Below, in pieces: positions 13,401 through 25,369 of a stretch of DNA of 64,000 bases. The stretch covers positions 483,668-547,667 of the forward strand of contig RDEW01000006.1 in assembly GCA_011109175.1 (NCBI GenBank), read 5' to 3'. The position numbers and the translations under genes are program-made. The notes under the pieces were generated by a model that saw nothing but the letters and a program-made list of their open reading frames with translations, was not told the origin of the DNA and searched no databases. Each line of letters starts with the position of its first letter. Within the stretch, counting starts at the first letter, position 1. Source of the stretch: Dicyema japonicum (Eukaryota; Animalia; Dicyemida).

Positions 13401-16400
13401 AGTAATAAAGACAGCGAAAGAGGGTTTTAGAGCAATCTCGACTCCCTCAAATAAGAACAGTTCGACCTAAAAGTGGTATTTACTAGTACTCCGAGTATTA
13501 GGGCCCGTTGAATGGTAGTTATCTGCTGAGCAATGACAGATAACACTTCAATATCGATTCTATTGAACTCGTCGAAACATGCCCAGGCACCCGAACTAAA
13601 TGATTACTTCATTATAGTTGCCTTGAAAGTCCCTTGAAGAATTTTCCCATTGCCATGAAATCGAGTTGGTCTGAGCAGTTAAATACGACACATTGGATTG
13701 CCATTGCTTTCGCCAAATCCTAAAGAATCATTCAAAGTAAAACCTTAGTTGTCTCCGTTTTTCCAGTTCCTGCAGGACCAGCTGGAGCTCCACCGAATTT
13801 TAGGTTCAAAGCTCCTGTAAGGGTCAAATAGCACCGATCTGTCAGCGGAGTGATTACAAGTCGTGAAGAATTCCCAAGATACTCCCAACAGTACGGAAAC
13901 TTAGCATTTACCGCTCTAATAAGCAGATCATCCTCCTCCCAGTAGTACCTAAAATAATGGGAGATGAAAACCGAAGTTGGCTTATCCATTCGAATCCATT
14001 AGAGTTTTCTACGCCTTCGTCAATCATATTGGAAATGACATCACGTGCGTGAACTTCTATTACGATCAAAGCTGACATTGTCTGCCGTTCATTCGTGGTT
14101 AAATCCCGCTTCACTAAATCCCTCAAATCATCGAGCTGGCATAAATACAACAAAATGCCTGAGATAGAAATTTGGTTAGGAGTTCTCTTAATTTCCCCCT
14201 TTCTAGTGCTTCCGTGACCTCACTGGTCCAGATTGTTTGACATCCGGCAATAACAATCTGTCCTGGCCACTTGAGGACCCACGCTGGTCTCTCCATCTGT
14301 CAATAATTCAATTAATGGACCTTCGGGTATTTGCTTAAAGCTAAAGCGAATATTTCCCGCAAATTCAGCCTCATTTTGTCCTCAACTTCAGAAAGCCAGT
14401 ACTCGACATTTCCCTCGGGGATCATGTCCTTAGACCAATCGACAACTTCACCATCGAGAGAGTGCATTGCCTTGATTCTTCCGTCATCAAATGTAAGCTA
14501 AAGTAACATTCAAGTAAACTTTTGAGATATTTTCGAAGCATTTTTTGAGATGTGGTTGAACCGCAGTAGGGTCCTTCGTCTGGCTCAAAATCTCCAATAG
14601 TTCGTCGTCCGATAGAAAATAAAATCTTGGAAACAATCTCCTCTTTCCTTCCAAATACTCACTCAATCCCTTCTGCACGTGTTCAAGTAGTTTGTTGCAT
14701 TCTTTTATGTTTTCCAAAAGTCTATGATCCGGGCAAAATTCCATAAGCTTGGCATTATGATTATGATACATTCTTGGATTCCTTCGCATGCTTCATTATC
14801 TTGAGCCACATCCTCTCCATCGTTTGAAAACGCTTCCCCTCGACGGGGAGTTGCTCATTGATGTCATCAGAGCTGAAAATAGGTTGAAGATACAGCCATT
14901 GCCTTTGACAGTTAATGCACTCCTCAAGTACATCCTTGACCGTGTTTTATTACCCCAACCTGCGTCAGTTTGAGAGTCAACTCCCATTTTTCTATTCTAC
15001 TCTCAAATGGCTTTTTATAAGGGGAGAAGGTCATGCTCTGCGTCATTACAATGTGATCATCCAGCATTTGCCCCACTTCCTCTCCAATTTTAATAATAAA
15101 GTTCCCCGTGTTTTTATAGGGCAATATTTCGTACTCCACGGAGTTCCAATCATTCTCCATTTTATCGAGAGCCTTTGTAACTCATAAAGTTACGTTTTCT
15201 ATCGCATGCTCTTTGCCCGCCACTTCGGCGATCTTTGATATTTTTTCAATGTGGTCCTGGAGTTTCATTTCGATGCATTTTTTGAATGTCAACTCCTTAT
15301 TTAGTCTCAAAGGAAATCCTAATTCCTCGGATAGTTTTTCCCAGTGTCTGTCGCTCATTCCAGGATTCCTCAAGGCCTGAATTAAAGGAATATTCGGTTT
15401 AAAGTCTTCGACGGCATTTTTAATGTCAGTCGCCATATTTGCGGCATCTTAACTAATTATACGAAATACGGTGGAATTCTTGAAGAGCCTTTACTGACTT
15501 GTGCATCGTTTTGTAAGTATCTATTGCTATTTTTTCGGCATATTCCGAGTCGACCAAAGACAGGGGATCATTCATACAACTATCATTCCATCTAACCCAG
15601 TCTGAGGCAGAGATCCACAGAACTCTGAAGGGCTCAAAACTTTTAATAATTTGATGCAGTTTATCAAACTAATGGATGACCAAGAATTATACGTTAGTCC
15701 GTGGCATGTCAAATAGATTTTCCCTGTTTTGATACTTAATGGATAGTTCCTTGGCATCAGTCAGTTGCCTGAAAACTCGTCTCACTTCGTTGGCCACTTC
15801 ATGGCTTTTGCTCAAATCAGAGTACCCCATAATTGCAGCCACGGACATCTGCAATCGCTATTCACGTTATACCTGCAACGAATCGATCTTCTCCAAGAAT
15901 GATGTAACGTCGGAGATTTGTAGTTTCCGGAACCGTTCTTTATTATCCGTGATCTGTAGTTCCACCTGTTCAATCTGTTTTTCGATCGTAGAAGGCCACA
16001 TCAAACCGCTCCATCTTGCATTTGCATTAAGACTAACCTCATGCTGAAGTCATCATCACTCAGATTGTGATAAAAATCGTCAAGGTATTGGTAATCAGTG
16101 AACGCTTTGTCTACGCTGGATTGCATGTTTGACATAAAATTTGGGATCGTCTTCATCCACTCTTCTTTATCAGCCAACTCTTCGATGGTATTCGGGGTTT
16201 CATACAGTCGTCTCGATATCTCCCGAAACTCCAAGGTCGCCTTAAAACTAAAGTAATAAGGGAAACGGTCTCCATGTTGTTTTTGAGCATCTTGCTCATG
16301 TAATTGAGGTGAGCATTGATTATATTCCTCTGTTTCCTCAGCAAACTCATCTTGATGTTCTCCGTATTTATGTAGTAGCACGCAATGACCACGGAATTCG

Positions 16401-18793
16401 GTATTTCCCATTCTATCTGATTTCTGTATTCGATTAAAGTCTCAATATTATTCCTGATTTCGACGGCTGTTTTCTGTTCCCCACTATATTTCCTAGGGCT
16501 TAAACCATGACAAACTCCATCATCGAGGGAATGTCAACATTCGCCAGTTCAATGTACTTATTATAGCATTTGGCGTAGGAATTGAGGGGGATTAAGGATT
16601 TGTTTATTAGATAAGTCAATCTATTCCTCAATTCAACTACTTTTGGTTCGTTTATCCCGACACTCTCCAATAATGGAGTGCCTGCCCAAAACATATTCTC
16701 CAGAATGTACTGTCATTGATATATATCATGGTACCTTTTCGAGTTGGGGGATATTTTGGTTCAGTTCTATAGCTCTGTCGAAGAGGTCTATCAAGGTTTC
16801 CAGGACTTCATCAGGTTTTATTCCATAGTGGACTTTATCTTCACTAATTTGCAATTCAAAGTAAAATAGGGGGTTCTTCTTTGGCCTTGAAATGCTTTTA
16901 AATTAATTCACTTGAAAGGACTCGTCAATAGAGATTCTTTCCATACGAAATGGTCGTCAATGTCCTCCACCGAGTAGTTCGCATCGGCAATCATGTTAAC
17001 GAACGCCGTAAGTGAATTTATAATCAAGAATCTCATTGAATCCTATTTTATGTAAAGACAGAACCTGCATTATAAATCTGATCATTTCCATGAATTTTTG
17101 TAGTTTCGACATTCTGTAAATTTCCCAGTTTTTCTGGTGAATGTTGAACCACCCCATTCGGATATTCAACATGCTGTTCTTCACGGCTACTTTGAGGGCA
17201 GTCATCCAACTGTCTTTGAGGTACATAACAACCTAATTTGCTTAAACTTTGCAACCTGCTGAGTCACGTGGCTTTGAATCTGCTCAAATTCTTTTAAACG
17301 ATTCCACTTTGGAGAATATACTTGAAACAGGCACATGTTGACCACTTTGTTGCACTCCATCCTTAATTTGCTGATTGCGGAGATTCCCTCACCGGTAGTA
17401 AGCAGGGAATTGAAGACAAACACGTCTTTCTGTGCCGAGTAATCGTATTGGCCGAAATCTGACTCGAAGCCTTTATTGGGGACAGTAATCGTTTTTGTTT
17501 CTGGAAGAGTGACGAATGAAAATTTTGTGGGATTCTGGGCTACCAGTTTGTCGAACACAATTCTATTCATAGCCTTCTTATAGTCGATATTCACGTGACC
17601 TTTGAGTTCTTCCAGCCATTCCGAGGACTTGTGTCTAAAATTTCGTTTAGACATACATGTTGTGCTTGAGATCTCTTTGAAAGTCGATGTATTTGCAAAC
17701 ATTTTCAAACCAACGAGGATTTAAGTCATCATCGTCCTCGAAGGGGACACATTCCACGTATATTTCGTATCTGATCAAAGCTTCCGTTTTTCTTCTACTC
17801 AAATAAGCACTTTGTATTCGATTTGCAAAATTTTCAGGATCCTCAGCCTTAAAACAAATGTAGATCCTTGGCAGCCAGTGCATGTAAGGGAGTTGTATTC
17901 GATTTCCTTTCAATGAAGGAAAATAGTAACCCCCGTCGTCAAATCCCCCGTCCAATATTTTATTATTATTCAAATCAACCACTCTGTTCTCTGAATTGGT
18001 CTCAACAACCAAATACAAATGATTCTCTTGGTCATAGTCAATCACCCCCACTTCCTTCCACGTGGGGACATTTGAATCTTATATAACATCCACTAAAACC
18101 ACTTAATAAAGCCTTGGCTGGGACCGGATGACGAATATTGCTAACCAGGCCCATGTTTATCCAGTCTTGAGGAGTTCGACAGTCAAAGGCCTCGTCGTCA
18201 AATAGCTGCAGTGGCAAATATGATGGGTTCTTTGAAGGATCCCCGAACTGGCTATATTGAGTTGACGAAAAATCGATCTCGTTGTTGGATTTGTGCAGCA
18301 AATGTTCCGTTTTTATATTCCGCACTAAAATTAAATCCTCAATGTTCTGCGATAAAAATTTACGCCGTTTTCTAAGCTCTTGAATTTACCAAGTCAACCT
18401 TTCAACTTCTAATTTTCTTGGGAGAACTCCTGGGGGAGTAACAAAGGGAATTTGGACTTTGGGTAGATAAGATTGATCGGGGAAATCCTTAAATTACTCA
18501 CTCGTCTACCGTTTCCTTATCTAGAACTGTCGTGTTTTGCTTGAATTCCGACAAATCCGTGAAATTAGTTGGAACTTTAAAGTTTTTGGCTAAAATCAAT
18601 CAAGAAGGAACCATCGGGGACATATTCTTTAAAACCCGACCTCCAACAGAGATTCTCGCTCATTTTGGGTCGAGATTCGGCCACCTGTCCAGTTTTAATG
18701 ATTTAATACTAATTTTCTGCTGTTCTTGGTGGAAACAATGTCGGAGTAGTACCCCCTGTTTGATTTCGATAACTTTTTATTAGAATCCTCCAT
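4480..18793 (-). CDS. DNAH1: Axonemal inner-arm dynein heavy chain 1-like, about 70 microintrons
   Basis: N-terminal [18 protein letters not shown]...PVPAKALL and [14 protein letters not shown] are DNAH1-specific. AAA motifs [25 protein letters not shown] and [11 protein letters not shown]; stalk [13 protein letters not shown]; C-terminus [11 protein letters not shown]...[15 protein letters not shown] (stop 4480-4482). ORF pieces rejoin through 21-28-nt introns. The start codon (18793) is inferred, and a few homopolymer frameshifts are present. Confidence 0.92.
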
Positions 18794-18851
18794 TGTTAAG
18801 CAAACTAAAATAAATTCTAATTTCGGATGAACGGTAAATGGAAACTAAACT

Positions 18852-18865
18852 CTAACCATGGAAAC
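18852..18865 (-). promoter_or_regulatory. Partial RFX X-box-like site upstream of DNAH1
   Basis: GTTTCCATGGTTAG on the minus strand, ~60 bp upstream of the inferred ATG. It matches GTHNYY-AT-RRNAAC with two mismatches in one half. Confidence 0.3.
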
Positions 18866-18887
18866 AATAATAATATTTTATTCAAAT

Positions 18888-19509
18888 TTAGTTAGTCTCT
18901 TTCATTAAATTGGAGTCATCACCGTGGGAGGAATCCTCTGACTTTTTCTCCTTTTTTTGCTTCATCCGTCTATTTTGGAACCAAATCTTTATCTGTCTCT
19001 CAGAAAGACACAATTTGTACGAAAGCTCCAATCGTTTACTTCTTGAAATATAACTCGTGGCCTGGAACTCTGATTCTAGCTCATTTGTTTGGTATCGTGT
19101 GTAGGTTTGTCTCCCTCTCTTGTGCTTCCCATTTTCGTGTCCTTGAATAAATAAGAGAGAATACGATTGTATAGTTGGTTGGAATACTCCATCTCGTTGT
19201 ATGGGTGATCTCTGGGCTTCATGGGTTGACCAAAGTTTTGATTTTGAGGTTGTATGTTCCACTGGTGGGGGTTGGCAAAATGGGGGTCATAAGGGTCGTA
19301 GATTGTATTTTGGGGTATTCCATAAGGAGGTTGATAGTCAAAGGGAGTGCCAGGAATTAGAGGTTGTGTAACATAATAAGGTTGGTGGGGGAATTGAATT
19401 CGAAACTATCAGTGATGGGGTGGTCGTATTTGTAATATTGGTAGTTGCTTTTATGTTCGTTTAGTTTGTTCTGTCCTATAAATCTGGGAGGTCCAAATCG
19501 GTAGTCCAT
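18888..19509 (-). CDS. Central-class (Antp/Hox6-8-like) Hox homeodomain protein, diverged, 2 exons
   Basis: Homeodomain [59 protein letters not shown] 23-nt intron (GTATTC...TTCAAG) lies just upstream of the homeodomain. The P/Q/Y-rich exon 1 from ATG 19509 needs one extra C in the C-run near 19387-19391. Confidence 0.88.
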
Positions 19510-20693
19510 TTTATTATTTGACGATTTAAATGTTTAAAACATGGCATAAAAGCGAACCATCTTGTTCACACGAAAGTGACAGCGATTGTACTGCGGTGTC
19601 ATTCAAATTCAGAATATTAAAATGTCAAATCAAGACACTTTATGGCCAATCATCTTCCTCACTGAGTATCCTTTCGACAGATTAGATAAAACAGTCATGA
19701 TATTTCACTATTATGGCCACGTGGATCCTTCTTATCTAACAAATTCTAGTTAAGGACCGTCACTATCAGCAATAAAGTTAACAAATCCGTGATTATCACA
19801 AATTTCAAGTTTATTTAAATTTTTTGTAAATCTCATTAGGTGATGATGTTTGACAATATTAATGTGGTATTAAACCCTTAAATTCTCAGTGTTCAACTTA
19901 GTTTAATGACTTAATTCTACAATTAATTCCATTGTGTATTATGAATTTCCCTGTAATAGTTGTGGAACTTCTTTCATCCCTTTATTGCCAGTTGTCAACC
20001 CTTCCATGTTAATCTTTAATCAATTCCCCTCTGCTTCCGATTCTTCCATCCAAATTAATGTGAAGATGTGTTCAATAAGGGAATTAATGGTCATTAGCAT
20101 CTATAAAGTCAAAACCACTGACCGCTAATATTTACTTTTTAATTATGATTGACCCATAAATGGGCAAACAGGTTTGGTTCTAAAACAAAAAATTAGATTG
20201 GTGTGTGAGGAACTCCTAAATTGCTTCAAAAACTCATTTTACATAAATTTTGTAAAATTACAGGAACGATTTTATATTACCGGATATCATGATGCCAAGT
20301 ACTAAAACAACTCCCTATCCAGTTTTAACAATAATAATGCTTCCCCTTACAAAGAGCCATAATAGCTATAGCTCCTCCCAGACATGACACACACTTTAAG
20401 AACACTTATAATAACCAATCCTAGAGGAAGAACCAAGGAATGCTCTTCACTTCTTTTTTTCTTTATGTTGGATGTGAGTCCTTTTGTAGACGATCCAGGT
20501 CTGAAGTGAGATGACGTCACTCGTCAAGCCAAAGCAGTTTTAACAAAAACCAAAGAGTAATTAATGTTCCCTTAACTTAAATCTTCGCTTAGGCAAAACT
20601 CCACTTTATTTAAGAAGCTAGAACAGTCATGCAAATTAATCCAAAACATTGAGAATGTTCTGTACTTAACGTTCTTTTTCTATTTGACTGTTG

Positions 20694-20760
20694 TGAGTGC
20701 TGGTTCAGTGAAATAAGTTCCGGACCAAAATCATGAGGTCCCAGGTTTGAAACTCGCCGC
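20694..20760 (+). repeat. Degenerate tRNA-derived (SINE-like) head
   Basis: A-box-like TGGTTCAGTG and B-box-like GGTTTGAAAC at tRNA-like spacing; no convincing cloverleaf. Confidence 0.3.
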
Positions 20761-21749
20761 TGTCTATTCGGCTGAAGTTTCCACGTATATACGATGCTTC
20801 TGGGTTGACGGGTGACGCCGTCATCAGTGTTTCATCACTGCGGAACCATTGTCTTCTAGTACTCACACAAGAAAATAAAGGAGTAAAATAGCAATTAAAA
20901 CCGGAAAAATTAATAAAACTATAGACACCTGTGATCCCTCATTAAGCCCAAATATGGTTAAGGCTAAAATTAACAAACTCGACCAAACATCACCACATCT
21001 CTCCACCAATTATTCATTTTATATTCGAAGGACGTTCTATTTTATGATATAATCCTTCAACCAGATGATCCTCTAAGCTCTCAAATCGGATGGGAGACAA
21101 TCTTGGATACTCTAAATCCGACAATAGGGTTTCCAATGTCTCCAAAGTCCACCACTTAGTACGAGGAAGACGAGGTCACCACTCTGTCATAAAAAATGTA
21201 GATATTTTGTGCAATTGAGGTACGTGCCCACTTCAAATTTCTCACCAACTTTGATAAAACTATAAATTTGACATTTTTAGTGTTGTTGAATTATAGACAG
21301 GAAGACTACTTTAAAATCCAATTGCACCACCTTTTTAGCTAAATTAGCGTTGAATTGAACTATTTTGATAACTCTGGATATATTTGAAAGAGATTTTGGA
21401 TCAGTTCTATCAGTCAGAGTGGGACGTCCCCTTTCAAGTATCCGCCATGTGTGAACCGGAGTGCGGAAAGAGGTACCCTGTGGATGCTGGATAAACATTG
21501 AGCGTCTCTGAGTTATGTGGATTCAATGACGCCCCCCGGAATCAAAGAAGGCTGATAGCAGAGAAGAAATCCTTCGACCAAGTAGGTAGCTTTGGGAATC
21601 GAAATCAGAGCTAAATGTGAGTGACAGTAATAACCACTATGCTGCTTGGTCTCGACTTGAGTTGATTAATAGAATCATTATTTTATATTAAAAAATAAAT
21701 TAAAAAAATAATAAATTTAAATATAATTAAATTCACAATTTATGATAAA

Positions 21750-23117
21750 ATGTTTGAAGACGACAGTAAAATAATAATATCAAAATATACAAATTCACCA
21801 GCTAACGTCGCAGTTGATGACGATTACGACTGTTATGGATTCAAAAAGTAAGATCGTTGGTAACATCATAGTACTGAGAAGCAAATTATCAGTCAACTAA
21901 AAAACGTAAAAAGTTTAAACGACATCACAGAGATCCATAAAATTAAATGTTCAATTTCTAGGGGAATGTTTGAGGATGATCGAAGCAAAGTGTGGAAAAT
22001 GATTTTGAATATTCATGCGATAATGGAGCAGAATTATGGGAAATACGAGGTAATTAATTATTACACATTACGTAGAAAGTTAAACAGTTCGCTTTCGAAA
22101 ACTCCACCTATGCCTTGCAAATTGATAATGACGTGATGAGGACGTTTCCCGAACACAGGGATTTTGGTACTCGTTTTAGTTCAAAGTTGGTATTATGGTT
22201 GATTCAGGCAAATTATGCTTTTCAACATTCTAATGGCTTATTCTGTGTACAATCCAGAGATCGGGTACTGTCAGGGAATGAGCGAAATTGCGGCAGTGTT
22301 TCTAATGTTCTTGGACGAAGAAGAGTCATTTTGGGCGTTCGAACAGATCTTTGGAAGGGATGATTTATTCCTCCACGGTTTTCCGTAATGATCACTTACT
22401 AGGATTGTTTACTCGAGAATTCCCAAAACTCTTAATTTTGCAGTACAAACACAACGTCCTTCTAAGGAAATACTGCAAGTCCGTATACGACCATTTTGTG
22501 ATGCTTGGTGTTAACGGTAGGAAAGCATAAATTACGGGACCCCGATTTACTCCTCAAAGTGGTTCCTCAGATTCTTTGTCTACAGAGTATTTGATTGAGG
22601 AATCGTTGTAGCTTAACTTCTCGATTGTTCTGAAAGTATTTGACATGTTTTTGGTGGACGGAGACCTTGCACTGACTACCATGGCCTTTACTATTGTGAG
22701 GCAGCATAGAGGTTGTGAAAATTCATCTCAATGCAGAACAACTCGTGACCCTGGACTTTGAACAAGTTAACGACCTCCTAGTGGGAGTGTCACCATTACA
22801 AGTGTAACCAAATTGTTTGAAAAATACAGGGTAACTATTTTTATTACAAATAGAAATACAAAAAAATCATAAAAAATACTAAATTTGTGATTCCCGACGA
22901 TATAGCTTACATTCCGATGAAACCAGTTACTATTCTCGCCCCGCCTGCTGAATTTGAGGATGTATGGTTGAAGTTTGTACCACGTGGGATAACGTTTGAT
23001 GAAATTATTGAATTTGGAGTTGCAAATAAGATCCGTGTATCCAAAACAGGGGGTGATTCTTCTAGCGATACTATTGAAAGTCTGACTTTGAGTTGTGTAA
23101 GCAAACATTCCTTATAA
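21750..23117 (+). CDS. TBC-domain Rab GTPase-activating protein (USP6NL/TBC1D10-like), multi-exon
   Basis: Spliced translation gives RSKVWKMIL, QIDNDVMRTFPEH, AYSVYNPEIGYCQGMSEIAAVFLMFLDEEESFW, SKWFL and VFDMFLVDG. The 3' end is uncertain and may extend to ~23500. Confidence 0.8.
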
Positions 23118-24002
23118 CTTACATTCTGTTTTAATATTCGAATAAGAATTTCATTATTTTTTCTACAAATTATTGGCTGACTTTGTCCCCACTCCCAAAT
23201 CGTCCTCTGAGACCTGTGATTTCTGGAAACCCTAAGAAAAGTCATTCAGTCTCCCGTTGTGTTCATCTACTCTCCCACAGCATCAGCTTCTCTAATAAAT
23301 CTGTGCTGTCCTTTTGCTCATACGTCAGTGTCTAGATCAGGCACCTTCTCAAACTAAGGGTCACTGAAGTTGGAGTCAGAATAGGGCATGATCACTTTAC
23401 TGAACACTCATGAAAGATTCTTGCCTTAATCTTATCCGAGATTCACTGAATCAGAGTGGTCTCAGTACAGGGATGTTTACGGGTGAGATGGTACATTTTC
23501 ATAAGCTGTCAAAAAGATTTTTGGGCGATATGACGATTCTATTAGAGATCTCACGAGGACTTTGACACTGTAGCTCTAGGAAAGGGTAATTGGGGTGCTT
23601 GAATTTATCTGAACCGGAATTAGGTCATTTTGGTACGTGTTTTACTTTGCAAAACTAACCTAAGGGTCCGTTGAATGGAAGTAATAGGAGGTCGTTTCTC
23701 CACAAGAAAGACCTTGGGGGTAATGATCGTCTTTCTGATGTGAATAAACCTTGATGCAAACGTAGACAGTCTTGTAGTGCATTTCAAGTCATATACCTAA
23801 ATAAGTCGTCCTTGAATATACTCGCACGTCAAAGAATCCACCAAACTAATTTTTTACAAAAGTTATCGGGGGTCTAATGAAGTCTGAAAATTAGTGGAGA
23901 CTTGTTTAACTTCTTACAAAGGAATTGAAATGGATTTCAAAAACCACTGACAAATTAGGAGGAAATACATGGCCGTCAGGTTATCTCTGCCTCCTTAAGC
24001 AG

Positions 24003-24557
24003 TCATCTCACCTTTGCTCGGTGTTCGTCCCGAGATCTGACGCACATTCTGTATGCACATTTTACTTTTGGGAATTTTGGGGGATTCAATAGGGTCCTGT
24101 TCTCCTCACAAATGTCTCGAAAATAGTTGGTCTTATGGGCGAGGTTACAATGTAAAAAACTAAATGTTTTGCTGTAAGTCGACAAGAGAACCCCTTTCCC
24201 CTTTTAACTTTCCCGACAGACCATAGCACTGGCTGCGGGGTATGCCTTTACCGCATGGAGATTTGTGTTGTCGGAGTCAATGCTCCACAGAGTCAATTCA
24301 CTATACCAGTCAATGTTGGAGAATAAAAATATATGGATTGACCCTTTATTTATGTAATCTAGTACGACCCGAATATCACTACTCTTTTGACAAGAAAGGT
24401 AATAGTCATCTGTCTCAGAAAATTCATTCGGTCCAAAAATTCTCTTCCCCAATCGACTTTTTGTGCAAGCACTAGAGAAGGTGCTTCCATAAAGTGATTG
24501 GTACAATAGGGACCACATAAGTAAGACAGTGCTGCTAATTGTGGGAACATGAACCAA
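24003..24557 (-). CDS. Unidentified protein with signal-peptide-like N-terminus (probably multi-exon, may extend below 24003)
   Basis: ORF 24204..24557 has a hydrophobic leader (STVLLMWSLLYQSLYG) and Cys residues; a microintron-like GT..AG links it towards ORF 24003..24185. Confidence 0.4.
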
Positions 24558-24746
24558 CTAACTCTTTGAGTAAACTTTGTCTTCCTTTATGTAAGTCGAC
24601 TAATAACCAAATTAGGATCAATTGATTCAAAATTTAAATAAATGGAATTCAAAACCCCGGAGTTTGCCATAAAAGCCAATTTAAGAGATTATAGATATAT
24701 TCTCAGAAAAATTAAGTGAAGACAAATCTGTATCCACCAAATGTCT

Positions 24747-25064
24747 TCATCCCCTATACTTGGTTATAACCCCGACCTCAATACTTTTAGAAAATTGAGT
24801 ATCCTCACGCTTCAACAGGTCTCTGATGTTCACCGGAGGTCCCAGGCAGGAGAAGGCTGCTTGTAGAATCAATGATAATTGGTCGTACGGAGGAAGCCAA
24901 GAGCCCAATTCGTCTCTTAGGAGAAAGTGTCCAGAACTTAATTGTGCTAGGGTCCTCCTCGTTTCTCTGTTTAGGGTAATCTCCGAGTCATCCGCCAGGG
25001 GGAGGACTATCCAGTAGATCGTTTCAAACCAGTCTTCGGATTTCTTTGGTAGAGACGTGGTCAT
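24747..25064 (-). CDS. Unidentified ORF
   Basis: 105-aa ORF in higher-GC sequence between AT-rich spacers; no recognisable motif. Confidence 0.3.
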   Translation of the reverse strand: MTTSLPKKSEDWFETIYWIVLPLADDSEITLNRETRRTLAQLSSGHFLLRDELGSWLPPYDQLSLILQAAFSCLGPPVNIRDLLKREDTQFSKSIEVGVITKYRG

Positions 25065-25369
25065 GTATTGCCTTTGACTTGGTTTTATCGGGAGGTGGCT
25101 GAGGAATCTTTACCAGTTCGCGAAACAAATTCGCTATACTAGAGATTATGATCCAAGAAATAGCAAGGGAGGTCTGGTTCTGTGGTTTTATTTAAAATTG
25201 GATCCCCTGTAGTTCAAAATGATTCAAAATTATGAGGATCGACGAAATTTAATTTATATTTGGAAGAAACTCTAAAAAAACGAAAAGTTAAATTAAAATT
25301 AAATTTTAATATTAAAAATAATTTAAATAAAAAAGGCAACTCAATAAATTCCTGAATATTATTAGAATA

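Noticed and set aside
20950-21680. Possible gene divergent from the TBC gene
   Set aside because: I could not build a consistent spliced frame or recognise any motif.
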